Assembly: GCA_943368005.1 (NCBI GenBank)
Contig: CALRKN020000008.1
Coordinates: 75,705-139,704, forward strand
DNA: 64,000 nucleotides
Reading direction: 5' to 3'
Origin: Bradyrhizobium ivorense
GTDB taxonomy: Bacteria > Cyanobacteriota > Cyanobacteriia > PCC-6307 > Cyanobiaceae
Made by a program: the position numbers and the translations under genes. Of the stretch, positions 43,977-52,571 are shown piece by piece; the stretch's first letter is position 1, and the number at the start of each line of letters is the position of its first letter. The notes under the pieces are model-generated. The model did no database searches. It saw only the letters and a list, made by a program, of their open reading frames with translations, and had not been told where the DNA came from.

Positions 43977-45020
43977 AAAGAATGAATTCCTGTACAGGGA
44001 TTATGGCACATTGTGTTGTCCAACAGATTCCCCTCACTCCACAGCCAGAGGGTCTCGGCCAGCTTGGGAGCGAGCTCTGGTTGTCGTCCAAGGAACACCA
44101 AGAGCTCGTGGCAGGCAAGGATCCCGAGTCACCCCATCGGCTTCAGCTTTCTCTTTCCAATCAACTATCCATCAAATCCCACTTGAATACCACCACAATC
44201 CCGGATTAAGCATCATTCAATTCTGAGTAAATCAACATTGGCCACTCAACTAATAATGCCTTATCGTGCACCGAGAGTAGTTCAATGCGACTCGGCAGGG
44301 TTGTAATTGCATCGACTACGCAATGAATGGGCCTGCCTTGGCCTGCAAGACAAGGCGCATGGGATGCCCATGAAGATCGAAAGGAATTTCTCCCCAAGAA
44401 ATCAGGAGATTTAGTATAATTTATTCATTGCACAACAACTAACTTTTGGCCGTTCTCGTGCAGTCACACACAGATTGTATCGGCTGGCATTAGGAGCAGA
44501 GACGAACTCTGCCCTGTTCAGTCATTGATCCAAAGCAAAATATACCATTCTTGAATGCCAACGCTGCCAAGAGCATTCTTCTTACCTCAAGATTGGGGCC
44601 ATCTGTGGCAGAAACTGTGGCGCAGGCTGTGATCAATGAGTGCCCCGCACCCCGCAGCCTTTTGGCATGGGAATCGCTAAGTCTGCCGAGAACCCACGCC
44701 GGCACCCTTCCTACCGCCACCGTTTAGTTGGGCGATTCAACCAAGCGGGAGGGCGGACCGCCCACGCGTAAACTATCCTCAAACAGGAGAGAATCTCAAC
44801 CATGCTGAAGAGTATGCCCGCGGCTCCAATCGCAAGATTTACAAACTATAATTACAATCCCATGGGTCATTATTACGGTTTATGCAACGAAGCCGCATGC
44901 TCAGCGACTAGCGTGACTTCGATTACGTGCCTAGAGGGAAACAATACGGAACGGATGCCTGAATCACACCTACATAATTCTATTGGTCGACTGAAGAGTT
45001 CTGCGGCCTAAGCAATTGAT

Positions 45021-46310
45021 ATGATTTCAATCAACATCGGCAAGTTTCTCCGGTCCGGCAAAGCAAACCCAGTGCATAATAATAAATTGTCCCGAGCCAA
45101 GTCTATTCATTGTGATGAAGATGTATTGGTTTACCCGTTTGAAAGTCTTTTGCAGGCACCTAATGGCAAGCCTGAGTATCAGGGAGGACCGAGTTGGAAA
45201 GATTGGAGTGAAAATAACCAAGGAAGATTTTTCAGGCAAGGCCGCGCTATTGACGTGGTTCCTTCATCCAGATCATCTCCTAAGCATCATTTCAAAGAAG
45301 GCTTTTGGTGTGGGCCAATATGCAATCATTTCGGTCATCAAATTGCCGATTTTTCAACTCGCATAGTTTGGTATGCCGATGCGATTCGATCTGGAAAGAT
45401 TGCGGCCATTCCTTTTGTATTTGCCAGAAGCCCTCATGATGCAGGCTCCCCATTGCCATCTTTCTTTGTAGAAGTTTGCGAGTGGTTCGGCGTTGACCAG
45501 ACCAGCTTGATGATCGTTGATGAGCATCCGGTCCATTTTGACCGGTTATACTATGCTCCCCAAGGCGAACAAGTTGGTGGACCTGGGCCAAGCAAAAAGT
45601 ACTTAAAAAAGCTTCTAAGCAATCAGCAAGTTGCTTCTGGACATGAGAGCAAAGAACAAGATTTACCTGTATCGGGCAGCAAACTCTTTCTCTCCAGAGC
45701 TGCTATGCGTACAGGCAAAATTGCTGGAGAGTCTGCAGTTGAGGCCATTCTAACCGCCAGTGAGTTCACGATTGTACGTCCAGAACTTCTTTCCTTGCGG
45801 GAACAGCTTTCTTTATATGCTAAAGCTTCGTCTATCTTCGCTTTTGAAGGAAGCGCAGTCCATGCATTGCAACTCTTTGGCGGCATACCAGCAAAACTCT
45901 GTATTGTTCCTCGAATCAGAGGCAATCGAATAGCAGAGCAACATCTTCGTCCTAGAGTCTCTAGCCTTCGATATACAGAGTCTGTTGGACACTCAATCGT
46001 CCCCATGAACAAAGAAGGATCATCCTTAACATGGGAGGGAATTTCCTTCTTGGATCTCGATTTGTTTTTTAACTTGCTTCATGATGAATATCAGCTCGAT
46101 TCTCTGAAGAGTGGTTTATATCCACAGTTGTTTCATCTATCTGAGGCGTTAGACCTGCAGAGTTGGTTTAACGATATGATCGCAGCCGAGCGGATACTGA
46201 CCAATCAAACCCTAGACAGTCTTGCCGATTATCTAAGGACGTCCAACCGCGTTCAATGCATGGAAGTGCTTGCTCAACATACCAAACTTTATCCTTCAAT
46301 CCAACCATGA
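45021..46310 (+). CDS. Glycosyltransferase family 61 / DUF563-like protein
   Basis: GFWCGPICNHFGHQIADFSTRIV matches the GT61/DUF563 HFGH motif context. Also FAFEGSAVHAL. Low GC. Confidence 0.7.
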   Translation: MISINIGKFLRSGKANPVHNNKLSRAKSIHCDEDVLVYPFESLLQAPNGKPEYQGGPSWKDWSENNQGRFFRQGRAIDVVPSSRSSPKHHFKEGFWCGPICNHFGHQIADFSTRIVWYADAIRSGKIAAIPFVFARSPHDAGSPLPSFFVEVCEWFGVDQTSLMIVDEHPVHFDRLYYAPQGEQVGGPGPSKKYLKKLLSNQQVASGHESKEQDLPVSGSKLFLSRAAMRTGKIAGESAVEAILTASEFTIVRPELLSLREQLSLYAKASSIFAFEGSAVHALQLFGGIPAKLCIVPRIRGNRIAEQHLRPRVSSLRYTESVGHSIVPMNKEGSSLTWEGISFLDLDLFFNLLHDEYQLDSLKSGLYPQLFHLSEALDLQSWFNDMIAAERILTNQTLDSLADYLRTSNRVQCMEVLAQHTKLYPSIQP

Positions 46311-46927
46311 GTTGACTCCAGGAATACCAGATAAACGTACTCACGACTCGCCATGACGACACCATGCCAGCATGATTTCCATCATCGATCCTTGCCATGG
46401 CCATTCATTCAACAAGCAAGCGATTGGCGCAAAGTTGACATATCGCGCCATTCATATAATCCTGGACAGAATCAATCGCCGCCCAAAGAGCTCATCGGGT
46501 TCTCGAACACCGCTGGTCCCCGCTCAAATCCTTGAGGCAAACAGGAGTTGTTTGCTCTGTTCCTAAGGATTGTAGGAAGGGGGGTCTCCTCACCATTCGA
46601 GAATCGAATCCTTGGCCAGTTTTCGTTCCACCAGCAGGAGTGTGCATTCGCAGCCTGAGCCGCCCCACCACTGGCGCCATTTCCTTGGGAGCTGGTCTGG
46701 ATTCACGCCTGTTCCACCACCTGTTGGGATCTTCCAGCCAGAGATGAACAGCTCACACCTTGGGTTCACCCAGGGTGCGCATGGCGCGCTGATGCTGCGG
46801 CTGCGCCCCTGGCTGGATCCCATACCCGCCAGCCAGGGGCAATCGACTCAGGCACAGTGTCAACTGGTGAAGCATGGGTGCGGAAACCAGTTGGAGCAGC
46901 GCGAGGACCTCCTTCAGCAAACCCTTG

Positions 46928-47878
46928 CTACCCGTCCTTGGGGCAGGCTTCCATCCCAGAAAAGCCCTCGCCACCGATCTGCTGCTGCAGAAACACCAGA
47001 CAGCTCTGCAAAACGGCGTCATTCCCCCCCCGCTTGTTGATCGAGAGGAACAGCGTCTGACCAATTGCCTGGCCGGGTACCCCCCGCTTGAGGACAACAC
47101 CCTGGCTGCTGAGCTCACTGAACTGCTGGGTCATGCTGTGGTGCAGCAGCACCGAGGGCGTATCGGTGAGCAGGGTGTGGGTCTTGAACCAGAGGTCGTC
47201 GGCGTGGCCGGCGATGGCCAGGGCCCGCTCCACATCGCGCACGCGCCAATCGAGCTGACTCAGGCGGTAGCAGATACCGTCCTTTCCCGTGGGCACCGTG
47301 AGCAGGCTGGGTTGCAGCAGCCGCTCATCGTTCACCCGCCAGTCGCGGTAAGGCAGCACCTCACCCTCCTCCAGCACCATCTGCCGGCCCCGGAACGCCA
47401 CCACGCAGCCGAAGCGCTCCTGGGCCTCCACCAACCGTCGCAGCCAGTCGCGCGGATACAAGGTGTCGTCGTCGGCGGTGACCAGCAGCGGATCGAGCGA
47501 CTGCTGTTCCGGCGTAAGCCGCTCCAGCAGTGGCAGCAGTTTGCGGTAGGGCCCGCAGTTCGCGGTCCAGTGCACCTGCAGCCCCAGTCCCGGGCTGAGG
47601 CGGGAGCGCCAGATGCGCCGGCGCAGGAAACCGGGCAGCGCCGCGAAGCCCCGATCCAACAGGTAGGGCTCCCGCGATAGAAACAGGTGCAGCTCCACAG
47701 CCCGCCCATCAGCCGGCAGCCGCTGGGCCAGCAGCGAATCGAGGGTGCGCTGCAACGCTTGCTCCCGGCCGCGAATCGAGGTGAGGCCGATGAACACCGG
47801 CGCCAGCCTGGCGGTGGCTCCGCCGCCGGCAACAGCCCTGTTCAAGGCAGCACCCCCTGGCGCATCAGCCGCCGCCAA
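46928..47878 (-). CDS. Putative glycosyltransferase (316 aa)
   Basis: VFIGLTSIRGREQALQRTLDSLLAQ is a GT-A-like opening strand/helix. LLVTADDDTLYPRDW is DxD-like. Contains a G8/C8 homopolymer at 47024-47031. Confidence 0.5.
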   Translation of the reverse strand: MAAADAPGGAALNRAVAGGGATARLAPVFIGLTSIRGREQALQRTLDSLLAQRLPADGRAVELHLFLSREPYLLDRGFAALPGFLRRRIWRSRLSPGLGLQVHWTANCGPYRKLLPLLERLTPEQQSLDPLLVTADDDTLYPRDWLRRLVEAQERFGCVVAFRGRQMVLEEGEVLPYRDWRVNDERLLQPSLLTVPTGKDGICYRLSQLDWRVRDVERALAIAGHADDLWFKTHTLLTDTPSVLLHHSMTQQFSELSSQGVVLKRGVPGQAIGQTLFLSINKRGGNDAVLQSCLVFLQQQIGGEGFSGMEACPKDG

Positions 47879-50304
47879 CTGGGCAAGCCCAGGCTGCAGC
47901 CGTATTCATAGGCCGAAGACACGGTGGCCGCCGAACCGCGCATCAGGTAAATCGGGGCTTCCAGTCGGACCACGTTCGCTTTGCCATAGCGCAGCTCCAG
48001 CCGGCGGCGAAAATCCACATCCCCCCGGCTGCGCACCTGGTAGAACCCCCCGAGTTCGAGAGCGGTGCTGCGCCGCAGCAGCAGGGTGGTGATGCCATCA
48101 CCAAAGAACGCACCGCCATCGCCATCGGTCTGGGGGGCACCGCTGGCCCCATCCAGGCGTACATGCCGGCCATACACCGCCGCCGCCCCCTGCTGCAGCG
48201 CCTGCCACTGCAGCTCCAGCCGCAGCGGATGGGACAGGTCGTCGTCGTCGTGGATGGCGAGGGCTTCACCGGCCATCTGCGCGATCGCCAGATTGCGGCA
48301 GGCGTACTGGCCCTGGTTGCTCGGCTGGCGCAGCAACCGCAGCGGCAGGGCCAGCTCCCCTGCCGCCGCCTCCAGCAGGGAAGCCAGAGCGGTGGCTTCG
48401 GGCTCGGGGGAACCGTCGTCCACCACCAGCACCTCCGCCACCGCCACGCTCTGCAGGGCGATCGAGTCCAGCGCCAGCCGCAGCAACGGCCACTGGGGCC
48501 GATGGCAGGTGATCAGCACCGTGACCGGCAGGGTGGACCGCTGCGGTGACGGCGGCAGCAGCTCACGCCACCGGGCCAGGCAAGCAGCGAACACGGCCTG
48601 CAGGCCGCCGCATGTGGGGAGCAGCGGCGGCAGCAACTCCGGCACCCCAGCCCGCTCCGCCGCCAGGCGCACCAGGCCCGCCGCCCGACTGGGCATGCCG
48701 GCCGCCACCGCCAGCGCCAGCGCCTCCTCGTCGTCGCCATCCAACAGGCGGAGCAGCGGCCACTTACCAGCGCCGCTGGCAAGACGCAGCAGGGCGCCCC
48801 GCTCCTCCTCGCCGTGCGCGAGCCGCAACAGCAGGGTGAGCTGCAGCCGCAGCAACCGGCGGGGATCCTCCGGCTCACCCGGCAATTCCTCCGGGGCCAG
48901 GGGGCGCAACCGCAGGGGCTCAGGGCCGGTATCGGGCGGGGGCGGGGCGACACCCCGGCAGTGCAGCAGCACCAGCGCCGGCAGCAGGGCGGCGTCATCC
49001 TCCAGGAGCCAGCGGGTGTGCAGCGGAAAACGGCGCAGGTCGTGCAGGAGCTTCGCCAGCAGCTCCGGTTGCCACCAGAGCCGCGGCAGCCCCCGCTCCA
49101 GCAAGGCCAACAGGGCTCGCCGCCGGGGCCGGTTGAGCGCCGCCACCAGGGGATCCCCCAGCAGCAACACTCCTTTCACGAGCACCAGGCAGGTGGAGGG
49201 AGGCAGCAGGGTGGCCAGGCGATAGCCACTCTCGGGCTCCAGCGCCGGTAGCACCATCTGCAGCAGCGGCAGGTTGGTGCTACCGCTCTGCACGACCGCC
49301 CCCAACTGGCGCTGCAGGGCCCGCTTCCGCTCCCGCTCGCCGGCTGCCGCGGACGCCCCGATGGCCGCCATCAGGGCATCGATGTCTCCGGCCAGGTTCT
49401 CCAGATAGGCGGGCCGGGCCTCAGCCAGGGGAGCCTGCAGCAGGCGCATCAGCACCAGGGCCCGATCCCCCGGATCCGTCAAGGCCAGGCCCCGCTCCAG
49501 GCCGGCCCTGCGCAGGGCCTCGGCCGCAGTCGTCAGCTCGGCCTGGCGACTGTTCAGCCCCCCCACCAGGGCCTCCAGCAGCCGCAGCCAGGGCAGCGGC
49601 TCGGCCTGCTCCAATCCCGCCAGCAGCAGGACCTGGAGAGCCGCCACATAGGCGGGCTGCTCCCCTTCCGGCAACAGGTGCAGCAGGGCCACCAGCTGGT
49701 CGGCCAGGCGCTGCAGGGCAGCTGGATGGGCGAGAAGCTCGGCCAGCCACAGGGCGAGGGGGAAAGGGCGGCGCAGCTCCGGGGGATCCGGCCAGCAGGC
49801 CGGCGCCAGCTGCCGGCGCAGCCGCCGCTCAGCCTGGAGCAGCTGCACCGCCTCCTCCGGCGTCAGGGGGTCGACGCAGGCCAGCAGCGCCTGATAGCCC
49901 GCCAGCAACTGGGCGAGGCGCGAAGGACCCATCCCGCCTGGCCATTCTTCGATGGAGAGGGGCGTGGCCTCGGCCAACAGCGCCGCCAGCGGCGGCACCT
50001 GATCGGTCTGCACCAGCCCACGGCACCAGGCCAGGGGCAGAACCAGCACCAGGTCGTCTGCCCCGACCTGCCCCTCCAACTCGATCAGGGAGTCCCCGAA
50101 GACGCGGCTGCAGAGGGCAGGGTGGGCGCGCAGCAGCAGGGCCTGATCCAGGTTCTCAACGAATCCGTAGCGACGAACTCCAGCCAAGCCATAGCGCTGC
50201 CGCACCAGCTGGCGCCGGTTCAGAAGCCGATGGATCGGCAGCCCGGCGGGCGGCTCGGGCTGCAACGGCTCGGGCTGCAACGGCTCGGGCTGCAACGGTG
50301 GCAA
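47842..50304 (-). CDS. 820-aa protein: Leu/Ala-rich helical N-terminal ~570 aa + C-terminal GT2 domain
   Basis: GT2: VTVLITCHRPQWPLLRLALDSIALQ...VLVVDDGSPEPE and AIHDDDDLSHP. The N-terminus carries (PEPLQ)x3, encoded by a 15-bp tandem repeat. Confidence 0.75.
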   Translation of the reverse strand: MPPLQPEPLQPEPLQPEPPAGLPIHRLLNRRQLVRQRYGLAGVRRYGFVENLDQALLLRAHPALCSRVFGDSLIELEGQVGADDLVLVLPLAWCRGLVQTDQVPPLAALLAEATPLSIEEWPGGMGPSRLAQLLAGYQALLACVDPLTPEEAVQLLQAERRLRRQLAPACWPDPPELRRPFPLALWLAELLAHPAALQRLADQLVALLHLLPEGEQPAYVAALQVLLLAGLEQAEPLPWLRLLEALVGGLNSRQAELTTAAEALRRAGLERGLALTDPGDRALVLMRLLQAPLAEARPAYLENLAGDIDALMAAIGASAAAGERERKRALQRQLGAVVQSGSTNLPLLQMVLPALEPESGYRLATLLPPSTCLVLVKGVLLLGDPLVAALNRPRRRALLALLERGLPRLWWQPELLAKLLHDLRRFPLHTRWLLEDDAALLPALVLLHCRGVAPPPPDTGPEPLRLRPLAPEELPGEPEDPRRLLRLQLTLLLRLAHGEEERGALLRLASGAGKWPLLRLLDGDDEEALALAVAAGMPSRAAGLVRLAAERAGVPELLPPLLPTCGGLQAVFAACLARWRELLPPSPQRSTLPVTVLITCHRPQWPLLRLALDSIALQSVAVAEVLVVDDGSPEPEATALASLLEAAAGELALPLRLLRQPSNQGQYACRNLAIAQMAGEALAIHDDDDLSHPLRLELQWQALQQGAAAVYGRHVRLDGASGAPQTDGDGGAFFGDGITTLLLRRSTALELGGFYQVRSRGDVDFRRRLELRYGKANVVRLEAPIYLMRGSAATVSSAYEYGCSLGLPSWRRLMRQGVLP
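50251..50300. repeat. 15-bp tandem repeat x3.3 (cggctcgggctgcaa)
   Basis: Three perfect copies at 50251-50295 plus a partial fourth. They encode PEPLQPEPLQPEPLQ at the N-terminus of the 820-aa ORF on the minus strand. Confidence 0.9.
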
Positions 50305-50372
50305 GGGCGCGGGAATCAGCAGGTGGAGCCGGGCCAGGCTGGAGAATAAGCCGGCTCCAGCTCCGCGTGTCC

Positions 50373-51080
50373 ATGGCCCGACCGATCCCGATCTTCATCG
50401 GCTACGACCCCCACGAACGGGCCGCCGTGAACGTGCTGGCCGACAGCCTGGTGCAGCACAGCAGCCAGCCCCTGGCCATCACCCCGGTGCTGCTGCGCCA
50501 GCTCGAAGGGGTTTTTCAGCGCGAACGCAACCCGAAACAGAGCACGGAATTCTCCTTTTCCCGTTTTCTGGTGCCCTATCTGATGGACTATCAGGGTTGG
50601 GCCATCTTCCTCGACTGCGACATGCTCGCCCGGGGCGACATCGCCGAACTGTGGTCCCTGCGCAACGACGACTACGCCCTGATGTGTGTGCAGCACGAGC
50701 ACATTCCCAACGAGACGGTGAAATTTCTCGGCACGGTGCAGACCCGCTACGAGAAGAAAAACTGGAGCTCCCTGATGTTGTTCAACTGCAATGCCTGCAC
50801 CGCCCTCACCCCCGACTATGTGAACACCGCCACCGGTCTGGAGCTGCATCGGTTTGAGTGGCTAGGGGACGACAGCCGCATCGGCACCCTGCCGATGGGC
50901 CGCTGGAATCACCTGATCGACGTCCAGGCGGCCGACTGCCGACCGGCCAGCGAGGGCGGACCGGCCCTGGTGCACTGGACCCTGGGCGGCCCCTGGTTTG
51001 CCCAGTACCGCACCGGCGGCGGCGTACTCGCCGCGGAGTGGTTCGCCAGCCGGGATGCCGCCTTCCGGCTCTGGGATTGA
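50373..51080 (+). CDS. GT8-like nucleotide-diphospho-sugar transferase (235 aa)
   Basis: ATG at 50373. IPIFIGYDPHERAAVNVLADSL, FSFSRFLVPYLMDYQGWAIFLDCDMLARGDIAELW (DxD = DCD). Confidence 0.65.
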   Translation: MARPIPIFIGYDPHERAAVNVLADSLVQHSSQPLAITPVLLRQLEGVFQRERNPKQSTEFSFSRFLVPYLMDYQGWAIFLDCDMLARGDIAELWSLRNDDYALMCVQHEHIPNETVKFLGTVQTRYEKKNWSSLMLFNCNACTALTPDYVNTATGLELHRFEWLGDDSRIGTLPMGRWNHLIDVQAADCRPASEGGPALVHWTLGGPWFAQYRTGGGVLAAEWFASRDAAFRLWD

Positions 51081-51093
51081 GCCCGGTCCCCCG

Positions 51094-51996
51094 ATGCGGC
51101 ATCTCGACCTCCTGATCGCCGCCCCATCGGATCCGGCGGCGCAAGCCAACTGGGGAGATGTGCACTTCGCGCGCGGGCTGCAGCTCGGGCTGCGCGGGCT
51201 GGGCGTGAGTTCTCGGTTGCTCTACCGGGACACCCATCAGAACAGTCCGCCTCCCCCTCCCGACAGCGGGCTGCTGGTGCTGAGGGGCAAGTACGCGCCC
51301 TCTCCCGTCTGGCTGGCCCGCCAGCCCCATCGACCCAAGGCCCTCTGGCTGATCAGCTGGCCCCTGGATCCCACCCCGGGGGAACTGGCCGCCTACGACC
51401 ACCTGTTCGTGGCCAGTGCGCAGGACCGGCCCCGCATTGCCCGGCTCAGCGGTCGGCCGACCACCACCCTGCTGCAGGCCACGGGCTTCCAGCACTACGG
51501 CAAGCCCGAACCGGCCCGCGGCGGCCTGCTCTTCGTGGGAAACACCCGTGGCATGAGCCGGCCGATCGTGCAGGCCTTCACCGCTGCCGGTGTGCCCCTG
51601 GAACTGATCGGCGCCGGCTGGCAGGAGCTGGGACTGCATCCCGAAGCCGACAGCATTGCCAACCAGCATCTGCCCCAGCGCTACCGCCGCGCCCTGGCCG
51701 TGTTGAACGACCACCACAGGGCGATGGCCGACTACGGCTATCTCAACAACCGCGTCTTCGACGTGCTGGCCTGCGGCGTACCGGTGATCACGGACGTGGC
51801 CCCAGGCTGTCCACCGGAGCTGGAGCCAGCCGTGGTTTGCCATCCAGCGGGCGGCAGCGCACAACGATGCCTCGACCAGGTGCGCGCCCTACGCGCCAAC
51901 CCCCTGCTGCTGGCCGATGTGGCCCGCCGGGTGAGGACCGGGCACAGCTTTACAGCGAGGGCAGGCCAACTGCTCAGGGAGCTTGGCGACACCTGA
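51094..51996 (+). CDS. CgeB-family / Glyco_trans_1_2-like glycosyltransferase
   Basis: ATG at 51094. LLFVGNTRG, YLNNRVFDVLACGVPVITD (the NxRxFE..ACG motif). Confidence 0.7.
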   Translation: MRHLDLLIAAPSDPAAQANWGDVHFARGLQLGLRGLGVSSRLLYRDTHQNSPPPPPDSGLLVLRGKYAPSPVWLARQPHRPKALWLISWPLDPTPGELAAYDHLFVASAQDRPRIARLSGRPTTTLLQATGFQHYGKPEPARGGLLFVGNTRGMSRPIVQAFTAAGVPLELIGAGWQELGLHPEADSIANQHLPQRYRRALAVLNDHHRAMADYGYLNNRVFDVLACGVPVITDVAPGCPPELEPAVVCHPAGGSAQRCLDQVRALRANPLLLADVARRVRTGHSFTARAGQLLRELGDT

Positions 51997-52009
51997 ACCG
52001 GGGGAACGC

Positions 52010-52546
52010 TCAAGCCTTGGCCGTGGTGCGCTTGCGCTTCTGGGCCTTCTGACCATTGGACTGGTCGGGAGGAGGGGGGGCACTCAGCGGGGGAATACCA
52101 CTCTTGTCGAACAGCTGCTCCACTTCCTCCACATAGGCGCTGAAGGCCTCCAGTTGCAGGGCTTCCTGTTTGAGGTCCTTGGGGAGCTCCGCCCAAGGAT
52201 CCGCTTCACCCGCCTTGAGGCGGCGCTGCCGGCGCTGCTCCACCGCTTTGCGGAGCAGTTCGTGATAGGCCGGATGCTGGGGATCCTCCAGCAGGGCTCG
52301 GGTGAGTTTCTTGATCGCGGGCACGGGCTGTTGTTCAGCCAGAAGGGCCTTCACCTCGGCGGTGATCGTCCGGCGCAGCTCTTTCCACTGGGCAAAGGTG
52401 CGCTTCTGGCCCAGGCCTTGCAAAAGCTTGGGCCGCTGCCGCTGCTGGACCGCCGCTTTCTGACCCAGCCAACGCCGGAACCGGGCCACAAGACGGGACC
52501 AGATGCCGGAACGGCGACGCTTGACAGGCCGCTTGTCTTTGCCCAT
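52010..52546 (-). CDS. Hypothetical highly basic protein (178 aa)
   Basis: Start taken at MGKDKRPVKRRRSG. It is Lys/Arg-rich at both ends (…QKAQKRKRTTAKA) with a helical middle. The longer track ORF (to 52681) would overlap the upstream GT8 gene. Confidence 0.45.
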   Translation of the reverse strand: MGKDKRPVKRRRSGIWSRLVARFRRWLGQKAAVQQRQRPKLLQGLGQKRTFAQWKELRRTITAEVKALLAEQQPVPAIKKLTRALLEDPQHPAYHELLRKAVEQRRQRRLKAGEADPWAELPKDLKQEALQLEAFSAYVEEVEQLFDKSGIPPLSAPPPPDQSNGQKAQKRKRTTAKA

Positions 52547-52571
52547 GCCGACGGGTGTGAAGGCCCCAACT

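Larger units (their letters stand above)
38500..46600. other. Low-GC compositional block nested inside the high-GC polysaccharide island (probable foreign-origin cassette)
   Basis: Hand GC counts of single 60-nt lines give 43% (40381), 43% (42001) and 42% (45301). This compares with 68% at 48001 and 77% at 34201. Boundaries are approximate. Confidence 0.6.

Noticed and set aside
46585-46630. A tRNA-like string (...ttcgagaatcgaatccttggcca...) at the low-GC/high-GC junction, considered as a tRNA 3' fragment or att site.
   Set aside because: The flanking bases do not form a T-arm stem (GAGAA versus CTTGG are not complementary). I could not fold an acceptor stem or the rest of a cloverleaf. A tRNAscan/Aragorn run would settle it.
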